Below are positions 37,973-51,893 of a stretch of 64,000 bases of DNA, piece after piece (the first letter of the stretch is position 1; every line of letters begins with the position of its first letter). A program made the position numbers and the translations under genes. Source of the stretch: the human T2T-CHM13v2.0 reference genome, Homo sapiens; assembly GCF_009914755.1 (NCBI RefSeq), contig NC_060944.1; one strand, 5' to 3'. A model generated the notes under the pieces. It did not search any database. It worked only from the letters and a program-made list of their open reading frames with translations, and was not told the DNA's origin.

Positions 37973-40900
37973 TAAACTGAGAGAAGCAGGAATATATACT
38001 ACATTAAAGTCAGTCATTGACATAATAAACTCATTGTTTACAAATAGACTTGTTGGCTTAAGAATCAATTTTATTTTATTCTATCATATTTGTTATTGTT
38101 TATTTTGTAACTGCTGCACGTAGATTATATTTTGCCTGTTGTGCGTTGTGGAGCTTAACCTGGGATCTTTGTTTGTACCATGCATTTAATCAGAAGTCAT
38201 GTTTGGAATTCCAAACACCAACATATGAACCAGTCCTTGAAACACGACCTCTTTATGTGACAGAACCGTACCTCAAGCGTCCCCCAGGTCAGTCTGTGGA
38301 TTCCATGGCCACTCCCAAGATTTTTACTGCTGACAATTATTACACCAGTTAAAGGACATATTTTCTAGCTGATATCCTGCTGTTGTTATGAAGAGGATTG
38401 ATTCTAATTGCCAGTTTCCTGCATTTTTCTTCAACATTTAGCTTTTGCAAGAAAAAAAAAATCACTATGAAAATTCCACACGTTACTAGGATTACTTCAC
38501 AAACAGATCATTCTTGACTTTGGAATTCCCCCCAGACTCCAAACTGAGCTTATCCATACAGAAAGCTTGAATTCATTTTGAAATGGGAGGAAAGCAGGGC
38601 AAAATGTTATCTTTGAGCTATGCCATTTGGCTTCCAGTGGACACACAAAATGGACACACATCAAATGTCAACCAGGCTGATAACAGACAGGAAGCACCAC
38701 TGTGGACACAGCAAGCCCGACCTTCACTGGCAGCAAAAGCCTGGGTGAAACACAATTTCTCTGACCCTGAGTCACCCCAGGCATGAACAAAACTAGGCCT
38801 GCAGGTGAGGATGCTGGATCATGGTGCTTCAGTATCTAAGGACATCACACAGAAAATCAGACTGAAGTCTGGCCAACAGGGAGGGCTGAGTTTATTTATC
38901 CATTGCTGAGAGATGAGCAAGGCAGAAAAATAGGCCCTGGTTCCAAGTCTTCCCTGGCTCCATTATCAGGAAAACAGGACAATATACACAGAAATAAAAT
39001 ACAGAAACTTCCTCTTCACCATCATTTTGAATCTGTCCTGGCACAGATTTGCACTGACTCCAGCTCACAGCAGATTCAGTATGAAATTTATCTTCATAGG
39101 CATGTGACCCTTGGCTGCCAGTAGGCTAAAAAATATAGCCAACAGTGGGGCAAATAAAGATAAAGAAGTTTGTGGAGGACAAATACTGCATTTCCTACAC
39201 ACGGCTTTGTAATTCCCCTGTCCCAGGAATGAATGGAAAACAAATGGATACAGTCAGCCACCAGGGAACCTCTGGTGTGTTATCTGCACACTACTGCTTG
39301 TGAAGAAGTAGATAATCATTTTGCATGAATAGGGACAAGATGACTAATTGATATTGCTATGAATAAATGATGTACAAGGCAAGCAGACAGAACTTCTCAT
39401 AAAAATGTCGTTTTCAGCTCACAGGCTTTGTGCACTGAAGTCCTTGTTCTATTTTCGTATTCAGGCAGCTTTAGCTTAAGGGTTCAGGAAATGATTGCGT
39501 GTACATATGTGTGTGTGGTGCATGTGTGAATGATTTATGATTTTTAAGTGTCAGACTTATTGTTTTGCCTGCCATTCTTTTTTAAACACAAGTTAGACTT
39601 TTAATTAAATCACATATGTTTTGAACTCAATATGTATGTATATTTTACTTTGACTACCTTTAGGTTATGGTTTAATAACTTTGGTCTTAGTTTGCGCTGG
39701 TGCGTGTTTTGGCCTTTCTTATTAATGTCTTGCATTTATACAGCTGTTTTCAAAGCAGCTGTGAAGTATTTTAAAAATTTCTTCCCAAGGGGAAGAAACT
39801 TAGTATAAGCAATATAAAAAAAGAAGGGAGAAAAAAAAGACAAACATTCTTCTATGGAATTCTGTCAGTGTATATCAGATAGACCAGGAAATCAGCTAAG
39901 CTAAGCAAACATAGACATTTTATGTGGCAAGAACAAAGTAATAGCCTTTTTACTTTAATAAATCACTGTCATAATTGTCCCAAAGTGATTTGATTTGAGA
40001 AATAGACTTTGGGGAAGTCCTCCTTCCCAAAATATCCACCTTATCTGCCGTTCTCTGATAGCTGAAATTCCACTGTTTGAGAGGGTTGTATAGAGCTAAA
40101 GGGTGCAAATATCTCTGCAAAAGGAGGAGCCACTGAGATATTTACACTTCAGGGTGAGGTGTTTAATCAAATGTGATAAGTAACTGGGATATGTTTTTCT
40201 TGTGAAGCCACTAATTCTAAGAGGGGAGGGGTGTCAAGATAGTGGTGGGAAGGACTGACAGAGAAGGTAAGAAGGTGTCAATGACAAAAGTCAACATTCT
40301 CCTAATATGTTTGGGGGACCGTGTATGTTGTATCCCTTGTTAGTCCTTTGGTCTGTGCAGTCTGAGAGTCTCAGTTTAGTTTGAACACATAAGTATCTTG
40401 GGGTGTGGCAGCTTTTCCCAATGTCCTAAGTTTTTCCCTCACCCTAGAATTTCTGAAGTCAACCTCCGTTGTTAGAAAGATGTTCTTGATGGATTCTTCT
40501 TATGCGTGTGAGCACGGAGGAGGCAGAAGAAAGTTTGAGAATCACTTGCAAGCTTATCCATTTGTCTATAGTGAAAATAATTTGAGCCCTGATGGGACAT
40601 TGCTCCCTGGGGTTTCCTAGCTCTGCGCCACTAAGAGAACACAAAGGAACATTGCAGTCTTCATTTTTAGAGATGGCCTCTGCCTCTCCCATGGGCAACT
40701 ACCGTCTCTGTCCAGGCCACCTGTCCCTTTCTCCTGCCATCCGCATGCTACCCCATGGCCAAAACGATGGCAGAGTTGCCTGTGGGCATGGTAGGACTTC
40801 GGGTCTTTTCTCAGAGAAGGTCAATGCCGTGGTTGTGTGGTGGAGAAGCTTCAGGGGTTATGGGCTTAAGGTAGGTTGTTGGCATTCTTGAGTCTCTAGG

Positions 40901-42669
40901 AATCCATCTGTTAAGGGGAAATATACACACCCCACGGAATTTCAGCCAATCACATTACCTCAAGATTTTACTATGTCTATGAACCACATATAGAATCACT
41001 TACACATTTTTAACTTCCTTTCTTTCACTTTCTTTGACTTTGAAATAAAAACTGAGCTAATCTCACTTCCACTTTTTCCTTCAACGTACTTGCTACCATT
41101 TTAATTTATGTCTATTTGTGTGTCTGGCACACTGGACCTGATCAATACATATTTGTCAAATTTTACTTGTTTGGTGTTGTCAAAGAAATATTTTCAAAAA
41201 TGTAAAATGCGGCTCACCTACAAATATAGAATGAAAATTGGTCAGCTAGTTTTTTTCAACTCTATTATGAGGGCATCAATAAGATGAAAATCTAGTTCCA
41301 AAGATAAATAGAAAATCAGGTTATGTGGCACTTGACAAAGAATACTGAAATAAGATGTCTAGGTTAGATACAAAACTGGCTAATGTCCCACAGGACAATC
41401 AAATAGTCACCTTAGGCGTTATTTTTTTTCTACCCGACAGAGGCTCTTGCATCTTTACTGGATGAAAATCACCAACGTCTATCTTTGCCACTACATGGCG
41501 AATTTAATGAGAACAAAGATTGTGTCTTTTAACTTACACACATTAACTAAATTTACAAGGAAACTTTTGTTGTATCCATAAATAAAGAATGAGTATTACT
41601 TTCCATCAATGGAAGGAAACATGCTATGGTTGTCACAACAGGACAGATCAGCTGAAAGATGCAAGCAAAAGATAAAGGCTTATTTAACATTGATAAAGCA
41701 TACAGTTTACTATGCACAGATTTGCAAAGAGGCACAGAAAGCCTCTGTTATGGAACGTCACACTTTCCTGGCCTTTGCTAGTCACAAAGGTGTCCCACTG
41801 CTAAAGACATGATCAGGATGAGGATCTTATTAGGTTTTTCAGGGATCAGCCTTTGCCAAAAAATCTTTTTTTTCTCCTTCTACTCCTTCCCACCAACTCT
41901 ATAGGCTCTCATGCTCTCATTACCTGCCTGCCTGTCCAATAGGTGCACATAGCTGAAAATGTGTGCTTTGGGACACTGGTGGAATATCTTTCTCCCAGGT
42001 GAACCGTGCCCTTATGAAGCCCGAGTTTTAGGCCTGATGGAGGTCTATCCTGGCAGTCAACATAAAATCATTACAATGAATATTGTCTGCCAAAAGTTCT
42101 CAATCTAGAGTCTGCTGTCTCTTTGTTATAAAGGGAGATTAGCAAGTGTTAGAGAGGTGTTGAAGACATCCTAGTGCCACACTGAGACTTCCCCCTATGA
42201 CACTAGCAGGGTGACTGATGAAGAATAAAAAGTGAGTAACCTTTTCACTAAGTGACTGTAATTTTTTTTAATTCCACATCTCTTTCACACATTGGGAGTC
42301 ATAGGGCTAGAGATGAAGGCTAGCACCCTCAGAGGGCCTAACATTCTTGTTTTCATTTCTCTGAGAATAGCATTTTAGAAATGAAAGAGATGTTAGCAAG
42401 CTTCTAATGCAAGCCTTTGGACAAAAGGTTCAAACATAGAATATAGGGACAGAGATTAGAATTCATGACTCCCAACTGTAGTCCAATGCTCCTACCAGTC
42501 TAACAATGGCTTCTCTTAGAAGACTTAAGGGTAGCTTTGTTTTCTCTCTATGGAATTATGTTTCTGGGTCCATTGCTCTAGGCAGAAGAGACTGGATAGG
42601 TATTAGGACTAGATGCCTTCTGAGAATGTAGGCAGAGACCTAGCAGTAGCATTGAAATAGCCTTATTAA

Positions 42670-42920
42670 GAGGAAGTACAAGCCTCTGGTGCCGGAGCTG
42701 CTCAGATTTTGTTTTCAACCTCCACTTCTGACTATCTGTGTAATCTTGGGTAAGTTATTTAGCACCTTTGAACTTCTGTTTCCTCGTCTGTAAAATGGGG
42801 ATGATATTTTGGCTTCTCTCCTTGAGTTGTTGTGAAGATTAGATGAGTAAAAGAAAAATGCTTAGAAGAGTGCCTGGCACATTGTCAGCACTGTAGAAAT
42901 GCTGGCTGCTGCTGTTACTG
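42670..42920 (+). mobile_element. MIR (MIRb-like), near full length
   Basis: TGTGTAATCTTGGGTAAGTTATTTA...TTTCCTCGTCTGTAAAATGGGGATGATA...GTTGTTGTGAAGATTAGATGAG...GTGCCTGGCACAT. Confidence 0.88.
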
Positions 42921-44759
42921 GCCTGCCCAACTCTCTGATGGTTTCATTCCTCCTTTTGTTCTCATTCTACAGATAATTCTGTTGGTTTTAGAAAATAGCA
43001 TTTATACAGTACTCAAGGTCATATTCTTCCCCACATGTTGGCAGAGGAGCCTGGAAGAGAGAAAATCTCCAGCTTGCTCGTAGAACAAAATTCAAGTAGA
43101 TTGTGTTTTTGAAGGGGAAACAATGAATATTGAAGGAAAGAAACCCAACTGGCATTTGTTCCAGCAGGACAAAGTGATGGCAAGCAAGCAAGAACTGGGG
43201 ATTATAGTAAACACGCAGAAAATGGCTGAAGGCAGGGCAAGATAATAAAGTAGATATAAAGATTTAAAAAGATTTTAACTGAATCTAAACTTAAAGGAAA
43301 TTTAAAATTTGTCTGTAAATAAAAAATAAAAGTTTTGGGATCCTTAATTAATGACCCTCATAAGACACCCTCAGTAGGAAATACCAGGATTCCTCCGTCA
43401 AGCAAATGTTCTGATGGTCTCAACCCAGACAGCAGCATTCAAAATTTGGATGCTCATGATATGATCTTCTGGTTTTTAGCTTCTGATTTTAAGGAGTGAA
43501 TTCAGACAGATCTTCTGATGTAAACAAAGGGGTTGACTCCATTTAAAAAAATTATTTTGAAAAACATTCAGCTATAAATGCTGTGTGCTAACCCCTATGG
43601 TAAGAGCTCGCCTCAAGGAGTTTATAATCAAGTAAGTAAAACATAGAACACATAAGTAAGTAGTGACAATGTTAAACACTTCAACAGAGGTGAACATAGG
43701 GTGTAGTGGTCTATTTGTCATCAAACGTGGTCCTAGAGAAAGAAAAGGACAAGATCACAGGAGGAAAACCCTGACACTCTGTATGCTGGTGAGACACTGT
43801 TTTGTTCAGTTTTGAGAGTACCATTTTAAGAGGGACATTCCAGAGGAGGAGAAGATGGATGTTCATAATAAAGGAAAGTGGCAGTGTTGATACTTAGCTA
43901 GGGAAAAGATGAGGAAGGGGGCCCTGATATCATCAGGAAGGCAAATTGGGAGAGTATCATGAAGAGCATCATGGGAAGAAGTGGATTCTATCTCTATTGG
44001 TTTGCCAGGATGACTGGATGGAAATAATAAGGAAACAGCTTTGAGCATATTATGATAGTCTGTAATAAATCATGCATGCTACTGACAGTGGCACATGATG
44101 TATTTTGAGGTGGTGAGCTCCTGACCACTAAGGTGTTTCTTAATAACCACACCAAATGGCTGTCAGCCAAGTGATCTTACTATAGGAAAAATTTGAGAAC
44201 TGCTTCCAACTCTAATATTCTCTAACTAGTAGAAAAATCAATTCAAAATAATTTTTTATTTAAAACGATTCTAAAAGCAGATCTCTTCTACAAAATGATG
44301 CAAACAGGCGTCATTTGGAATGTAATCATCAGCCAGAAACATTTAGACCCAAATTCTAGCCCAACTTACTAGATAAGTGTGTGATTTCATATAAGGACAT
44401 TCTCAAACAACTCTAAATTTAAATCATATCCTCAATCCATCCTCCCATCCTCTCCCGTGGAGCTATGTCCCCACAGAGCAGCTGCTAAAGTGTTAATTTC
44501 TGGAGCTGCAGGGTCTTTCAGGACCTTGCTTGTGTTCCAAGCCTAATTGGTCTTTGCATGAACATTATCTTTTAAATATTGTGTTAAATATTTTTACTAT
44601 CACCCCTCCAAGGAAATAATTTGGAAGTGAGGAGTGGGAGAGGGAAGGTAGAGCTTGAGGAAGAAAGAGATGACATGAAAGTTAAAGAACATGTGGTTTG
44701 AGAGGACAAAGCAGAAATGGATGAGGAGGTATAGAGACATAATATGATGAAAGACAAAC

Positions 44760-44990
44760 TATTACAAAAACTGGGGCCCTCCAATTGCCTACCAGCAATG
44801 AAATAAACTACTTTCCAGCTTTGTAGCCAAGGGCAAATCATTTGACCACACTAAACCTCAACTTCCTCATCTATAGAATGAGGATAATGATAGCAACCTC
44901 ACCTCCTTTTGTTGTTGTGAATATTTACATGATCCATGAAAAGTAAGGGTAAAATTTGGCACAAAGAAAGCTGTCATTACTATTGTTATT
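44760..44990 (+). mobile_element. MIR
   Basis: GGGCAAATCATTTGACC...CCTCAACTTCCTCATCTATAGAATGAGGATAATGATAG. Confidence 0.75.
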
Positions 44991-47729
44991 GAGTGAATCG
45001 ATGCTAAAGGCTTTGCATGCCCCATATCATTCAACCCTTAGCATCCCTACTCATCATTGAAAAAGGTGGTAACCCCTAGGTAACAAAGCACATGATAAGG
45101 GGGCCCACCATTATGGTGGACAGATCTCTACCCTGAGTTTGTGTTGATGTCGTTAGGCCCATTATCACTCCAGGAATCATGGGTGGATGGCTGGGCTGAC
45201 AAAGCTTTGCTGCTATAACAACACAGGCCTTTTTGATGTCCTTGCCTGATAATTTCTCAGGCGGTGTTGTACATAATAAAAATTACATGACCTGAAACCC
45301 AACTAGAGCACACTCAGCAATAGAGAGGCACTGCAGCCAGTGAGGCATCAACACAGCACAAGAGATATGCGTAAAAGGGAATAAAAGGAATAGTTAGTTT
45401 TTAAAATTAGCTATGAAAATTGAATGCAGCCATAAAGGCCATTTCTAAGTGATGCTATTCATAGTATCGATTTTGAACTTTATTCTGCTTTTTTTTTAAA
45501 AAAATGGAAAGATGGTTAAAGGTTAATTTCAAAATAAAGGTAGATGCAATTGTGGGTAGATGAGGGAATCACGTCCTAGGCATGATTAGTAGGCACAGGA
45601 AGAGTTCCTAGAAAGATAGGGAAGAGAGATGAAGGGACTTTGAAAGACATTTCCTAGATATCTTCTGTTCTGCTTTTTAAATTCATCTCCTCACCTAGCT
45701 GTGTTATTTAATTTCTTACATACGATTCCACTAGGCCTCAGCTCTGGGAAAGAAGTTATCCATTAAAACCCAGTGATTAATTGATTCAGTGTCCAAGATT
45801 GCTGTCTGTCTGGGCCAGCCAGATTTTATATTGATGAAGACTTTAATTCCAAATTACATCTGCACAACACAGTGTTCTCAGAAAAAGAAGGTAACATCCA
45901 AAGTGAATGCACCTTCCAGGTGCAACTGCATTTGAAGATAGCGGGATCAAGGCTTCTATCTTTATTGGAATCAAGTTAATTCAAAATACTATCAAATCTC
46001 AGGGCTCAATCAATAATAGCTACTTTACTCCCGGGAGACAGGTTTCAATTAACCTTCAAGGAAGCTCACTTTGGTTTTTGTTCTGTGTTTATTTATTTTT
46101 TTCTATTCTCTTCCATATTATTAGTTAGGAGTAATGATCTCCCTTTTTCCATATGGGTAGAAAGGGGCTCTTGGCTGTACTCACAGTCAGTGATAAGAGG
46201 AGGAGTCAATAATAGCTCAGTAGTGGACCATGTAAGGAGACACTTTGAGATCCGGCATTGTCCTGATATAAGTGAAGATCTTTATTCAAGTACTGATTTT
46301 ACCTTTCAGGAATCTCCTCTCTCTCTCCACCCTCCCCTAGAAGTCCAGTACATTTATATTGCCGCTGAATTCCGAGCTTTCTACCTGATATAGTGTTTCA
46401 AGGTCATCCCCCAAATAATAGACCAATTGTTTCCTCATCTGTCCTCTTTACCATCCCAACACATGCCCAGACATCCATGTGCTGCCCCAAATTAAAGCTA
46501 TTATTCAACAATTGCTTGGGAAGGATTTGGGCAACTAATTTCGTAAAGAGTACTCATGGCTTAGTCTGACAGGGATTTGCATTGCATAAAAAAAAAATAT
46601 GTGACATTTAAGACATACAGGAGAGGCTACGGTGGAAGGGATTTTGCATGTGGAAAGTGTTGAGTGATAAGAATTGATCAAAAATGAAATTTAGAGTGGG
46701 CGTCTATTGTGTCGTATCAAAGAAAAGGTATTATATGTAGTTAGAAGGCAGAAAGAAGTGGCATTAGGAAACTCTGAAGAAATGCTGTCAGACTTTGTGG
46801 AGACAGAGGGCACCCACAAAAGAAGAAAAAGGAAGCAGAACTGAGGACTACTTTGCATTTGTTTAGACACAATTGTAAAGGGTGCCAAGAACATGGTGTG
46901 AATCTGAACAAACAGAGTGGGGTGCCCAAGTCAGTGATGAACTGGATGCACCTTCACTGATGATAATGATGATAATGGCTGGAGAATGAGAGAACCACAG
47001 GCAGAGGAAAGAAGCAGCAATCAGAGGTGCTGTGACCAGCCTGGAGGTTGGTGGGGAACTCACAACCCCATGGCTCTCCACAAATAATTCTTTTCACTGG
47101 TCGCTCCCTTTCTACTCCCTGATTCATCTCATCTCTTTCATGAAAGTGAGGGGTCCCATGATGTGAAACGATCTCTTGTAGCCATTTCTTTTGAAACTCT
47201 GCACATTCAAGTTTGGCTTCTAACTAACCAGCCTCTGAGCACCTTCGTGGCTTTGCCACCAAGCAGCTTTTCAGCCACCAGAGGGATTTCATCTACTTAG
47301 GCCTTGTCTAATCTACAAATAAGGGTAGACTAATATAACGCAGGAAGGTTAGACTTCCTTCACCATAAAATATGTGATGAGTTTCACAGGTTCTGATGTT
47401 TAAAAATAAAAATACTTGAGAGATATTTGAAAACCAAAGATCTGGAGCAACCAAAACAAACCTTTAGGTGGTCCCAGTCATTCTGCTTCTGTTAATGAAA
47501 TTGTTCTTGGCCATAAATAATTTCTGATTTATTGAAGATCTCTTTCCTATAATAATCAGGCTGAACCCTCATCTCTTGATATGTTGCTGCTATGATGGCA
47601 TAGAAAGGACCAGAAGTATCAGCCAAAGGGAGAGAGAAATGATGTCCATGATAAAGGTTTTATCTTGATTTTACAATAAGTTTGTGGGGGAAGGAAAGAG
47701 GTTTCAGTTCACACTAGCAAGCAGTAATA

Positions 47730-47935
47730 GTAAATGGTAACCTTTTAACATAGCACTTACAATGTGCCAAGCACCAGGCATACAAGAATTCATTCCATTC
47801 TCACAGCAAATTCTATAAAATAGGTATTAGAGCCCCATTTTACAGATAAGGAGACTGAAGCACAGAGTAGTCAAGTAGGTTGACCAAGATTATGCAACTA
47901 TTAAGAGATAAACCTAGGATTTAAAACCAGGAATC
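47730..47935 (-). mobile_element. MIR
   Basis: AGCACTTACAATGTGCCAAGCAC...CCCCATTTTACAGATAAGGAGACTGAAGCACAGAG. Confidence 0.85.
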
Positions 47936-49084
47936 TGTGACTTGATTCAATGGGCATAAGATGATGGTAGGATCATTCACTTTTAAATGTCTTGGTAAAT
48001 ATATTATTAGGACAGAGAAATTTCTCCTGCATGTCAGTTCCCTTAAGATCAGGCTACTAAACATTCAGATTACATTCCCAAACGACACTGCAGAAGATCT
48101 GGATTGCTAATTAATCTAAGAGTTGGCACTGTATGGGAAACTAATAAAAAGAGTTCTGGTAAATTCTGTTTTACTTTTTCTGATCTTGTAATTACTCTGG
48201 CATGAGAAGTGCCTATAGAAAAAACTATTTTAGAAATCACTAATATATTACATTTAGTATTACTTTTAACTTTAACAAGCACCATCCTTCAAAGAACTCC
48301 CTCTGGACAGAGATGGAAAGTGAAGCCAGAGGGTTATAGTAAAGTGACTTCTTCAAGCTCCAAAGTAAATGATGTCACAGAAAGATCAACACTCAGATTT
48401 TCTGACTCCAGATGAAAGATTTTTTTATGAACTACATTGCTTCTGTATTTCAATCTCTGTCTCTCTGTCTGTTTGTCTTTGTATCTATATTTCTCCCTCC
48501 CTCTCTCCCCCCACTTTCAAATCAATGATCTTAGCATCTGTATAACTCAGAATTTCCATGGGAGTCGAAGCAGAATGCTTGAAGGCATTGCCTAGAGAGG
48601 CAGAAGACTGAGCAACCGTGTCCTGCAGATTCTTTTCCTAAAGCTTCCAAGCAGCTCCTGACTGCCTCTCAATCTCATGGTCACTATCTCAACTCAGGAC
48701 TTCATGAAGTCAGCCCTAGACCTCCACTTCGGGTTCACCTGCCTCTATGCTTCCCCTTTGCCCAGTCCATATCCCTGCCGCTTGCAGTTTTATTTTAACA
48801 CTCCTCATTTAAAATCTTCATGGATTTTTGTTGTCCTGAGGCTTATTCCATAGGTCTTTGTTGTGCGGAAAGGCACTTGGGGTTTACAGGTAAGGCTAAT
48901 TTCTGCCTCTGTTTCCCTGTATGCCAGGCTGTCTATATAGATACTTTAACAGCTGTTAGTTTCATCAGTATTCTGAGGAACAGTACACATTTGTGAGAAG
49001 TGAGCACAGTGTTCTTATTAAAAACATAAACTTAAAATGTAACAGCCTGAGCTTCACTTCCAGCTCTTCTCCCAATAGCATGGG

Positions 49085-49430
49085 ATGGCTGAAGGGTTAG
49101 TTGGAGGATGCTTGGTCACTCTTATGTCTGGCAGCTGACAGGTATCAGCCAAGGGCTGGCTGACTCTCAGCTGGTCCACCTTGGATCTCTGCCACAAGGC
49201 CTTCCATTTCTAGCAGGATAGCTTGGGCTCATTAACGTGGTGGTCCTAGGGTCTCAAGTATGCAAGAGAGCAAGCCCCAATGCACAAATGTGTTTTAATC
49301 CTCTGCCTGCATCACATTTAGTAATGGCTCATGGACCAACACAAGTCACATGGCTGAGCCAAGATTTAAGGGACATGAAATTGACTGTACCTCTTGATCA
49401 ACAGGGAGGAATCTTGCACAATCTACCATG
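49085..49430 (-). mobile_element. MLT1 LTR fragment apparently nested within a MIR (MIR parts about 49000-49085 and 49433-49580)
   Basis: GAGAGCAAGCCCCAATGCACAA...CTCTGCCTGCATCACATTT...AAGTCACATGGCTGAGCC...CCTCTTGAT...AATCTACCA. Confidence 0.75.
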
Positions 49431-50044
49431 CATTCTAAGTTTTAGTATCCTTACATGAATAATGAGGTTGCTAATGTTTGTTTCTGAATCATAAATTTGG
49501 AGTGAGAATTAGATGGCATGAAATACGTTAAGTGCTCTGTACAGTACTTGACAACTAAACCGTACTTAATTGATATTATTCACTGCTTACGTACAAATGT
49601 GAATCCTGCAGCAATTAAGAAACAAAGAACATTCTTTAGCATCTTGGAAAACCTGTTTTCACTCCATTTTTGCTATACAGTTTTAATTCAGATGGCTTCT
49701 CCTTCTCTTTTACTACCTTTATTCCAGAATATTGATGTGTGAGTCTAAAGGATTTACTTGATTTCTAGTGGGGGCCAGGTTTAAACAACCTAGGAGGCAA
49801 CATTAATATATGCAGACATCACAATGGACCACAATAGGTTAAGAAACTATGGTTGAATTGTGATGATAAAAAGTACTTCAGAATGTCCTTTGGATTTATT
49901 GGTTTCATTATAGATGAATTATTTGGATAGGATTTTCGGTTAAATTCACACAGCCCATGTTTTTATTTAAGTCAATTTATCAGAGTTGTGAGAGGCTACA
50001 TCTGGCTGTGTTCTAAATAGTATGGAAGATATCCACGAATTGGT

Positions 50045-50569
50045 CTTATGTTAGAATAAAAAAATGGCTGCAGTTATTCCCCTCTCTGTATCCAGACTCT
50101 CAGTGTGATTTTGCAGTTCATCCAGTCAAGAGAGGTAATGTCCATTTCCCTACTCCTTGAATCTTGGCTGGTCTTGCAACTTGCTTTGGCCAACAGAATG
50201 CAATGGAAGCAATGTTCTGTGAGTTCTGAACCTAGATACTGAGAAGCCTTGCACACTATTGCTCTTGAAGTGAGTGAAGCAGCATCTGAGTGAACAAACC
50301 TGATTTTGCCTGCTGGAGAATAAGAAGTCATGTGGAAGAGGAGCAAGGCTTACCAGCCGACAATCAGCCAGCCCTTGGCAAATGGCCTGCCAACTAGGAG
50401 GTATGTGAATGAGGCCATCCTAAACCAGTCAGTTCCTAGCCAAAGCAGCAGCTCAACACAGGCTGATGAGTGAGCACAGCCGAGATCAGGATAGCCTGCT
50501 GAGCCTAGGAAAATTGCCCAGGCAACTGTGTTTTGGGATGGTTTTGCACATCAGAATCTAATTGACATA
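50045..50569 (+). mobile_element. MLT1 MaLR LTR
   Basis: AAAAATGGCTGCAG...CTCCTTGAATCTTGGCTGG...ACTTGCTTTGGCCAACAGAATG...TTTTGGGATGGTTT. Confidence 0.82.
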
Positions 50570-50715
50570 GGACTGATGGCTGCAACTCTCAGCATTCTCC
50601 TTGGCAGGCTTCATGAGTAACCTGATACCTCATGAGACCCAGATGACCGAATATTCTAACTCGACTTAGTGTATGGATGTGACTTGGTAGAAGAAGAATT
50701 AAAACATGTGACAGA

Positions 50716-50927
50716 TAACACGGCGAAACCCCATCTCTACAAAAAATACAAAAAAATTTAGCTGGGCTTGGTGGCGGGAGCCTGTAGCTCCAGCTTCCCG
50801 GAAGGCTGAGAGGCAGGAGAATGACGTGAACCCGGGAGGTGGAGCTTGCTGTGAGCCGAGATCGAGCCACTGCACTCCAGCCTGGGCGACAGAGCGAGAT
50901 TTTGTCTCAAAAAAAAAAAAAAAAAAA
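50716..50927 (+). mobile_element. 5'-truncated AluY
   Basis: TAACACGG.GAAACC, GAATGACGTGAACCCGGGAGG.GGAGCTTG (Y diagnostic), retained CpGs, poly-A tail. Degenerate TSD ...GTG(A/C)CAGA. Confidence 0.93.
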
Positions 50928-51276
50928 GTGCCAGAAAATTCTGTCATCTTTTTTTGTCACAAGCACGGCAGAGGGAGTTTCTATCTGCATTCCTTTTTGT
51001 GCATGTATAATACACCCATGGACTCAATACACAGATGCTTCCAATGTGCAAACATACCACAAAATGTTTCTCTATGGACAATGTGCCACAAAATAAATAG
51101 CATAATTTTCAGTTAGAACAAACTAGGTTTCTACCTATATTATTATTGTGTGACCTTGAGAAAAATTATTCCATCTCTTTGAGGCTCAATTTTTTTCCAA
51201 ATGCAAAATGAGAAAAATAATACTTGCTTTACCATATTAACCGGCACCTTGGGATTACTAAGTTAAAGCACAATAT

Positions 51277-51765
51277 TTGTATCCTGGTTTGAAGTTGGTC
51301 TCAAGCTTTTTGAGCCTCCTGCTATTGAGAAGGGTAGTCTATGTCCTGTTCCCTTGAATCTGGGCAGGTTCTGTGTTTGCTTTTACCAACAGAATAAGGT
51401 GGAAGGGATGCTGTGCCAGTTTTCAGGCCCAGATGTTAAGGCACTGGCAGCTTCCACCTCCTTTCCATCAGCTTTCACTTCCTGTCTGTTGGAACTCACT
51501 TTCAGAGCCCTGAGATCAGCCTTTCAGAAATCCCCACTAATGAGCCAGGCATGGGAGGGAAGCCACCCTGGACCTTCCAAGCTGGTCCAGCTGCCTGCCA
51601 AATACCAAGAGTGACCCCAGGTGACGTCACATAGAGCAGCAAAATCAGCCAGAGAAACCCTGCTTGAATTCCTGACTACGAGTCATTACATATAATAAGA
51701 CAAGTATTGTTTTGAGCCACTCAGATCTGCGGTAGTTTGTTACACAACCATAGATAAGGAGAACA
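51277..51765 (+). mobile_element. MLT1 MaLR LTR
   Basis: CCTCCTGCTATTGAGA...CCCTTGAATCTGGGCAGG...CTGGCAGCTTCCAC...GTAGTTTGTTACACAACCATAGATAA..AGAACA. Confidence 0.82.
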
Positions 51766-51793
51766 ATTTGGTGCAGGGCAGGCCCTTGGGACA

Positions 51794-51893
51794 CAGAGTG
51801 ACTGAGCCTGAGGAGTTTTCCATACCTAGTGCAGGACTTTCAGTGCTCAAACCTATGAAGTCCCAGGTAAAAGGGAATGAGTTGGTCTCCTTA
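51794..51893. mobile_element. MER81-like hAT-Blackjack MITE
   Basis: AGAGTGAC...GGACTTTCAGTGCT.AAACC...GTCCCAGG...GAGTTGGTCTCCTTA. Confidence 0.65.

Noticed and set aside
40689-40790. Nested imperfect inverted repeats suggesting a pre-miRNA-like hairpin
   Set aside because: The stems are short (8-12 bp with G-U pairs) and discontinuous, and I recognise no known miRNA sequence.
46010-46217. 12-mer TCAATAATAGCT repeated about 200 bp apart
   Set aside because: An AT-rich 12-mer recurring at this distance somewhere in 64 kb is compatible with chance, and the flanks do not align.
47274-47290. CCACCAGAGGGATT as a CTCF site
   Set aside because: It lacks the conserved C-R-S end of the core and is weaker than the 26984 candidate.
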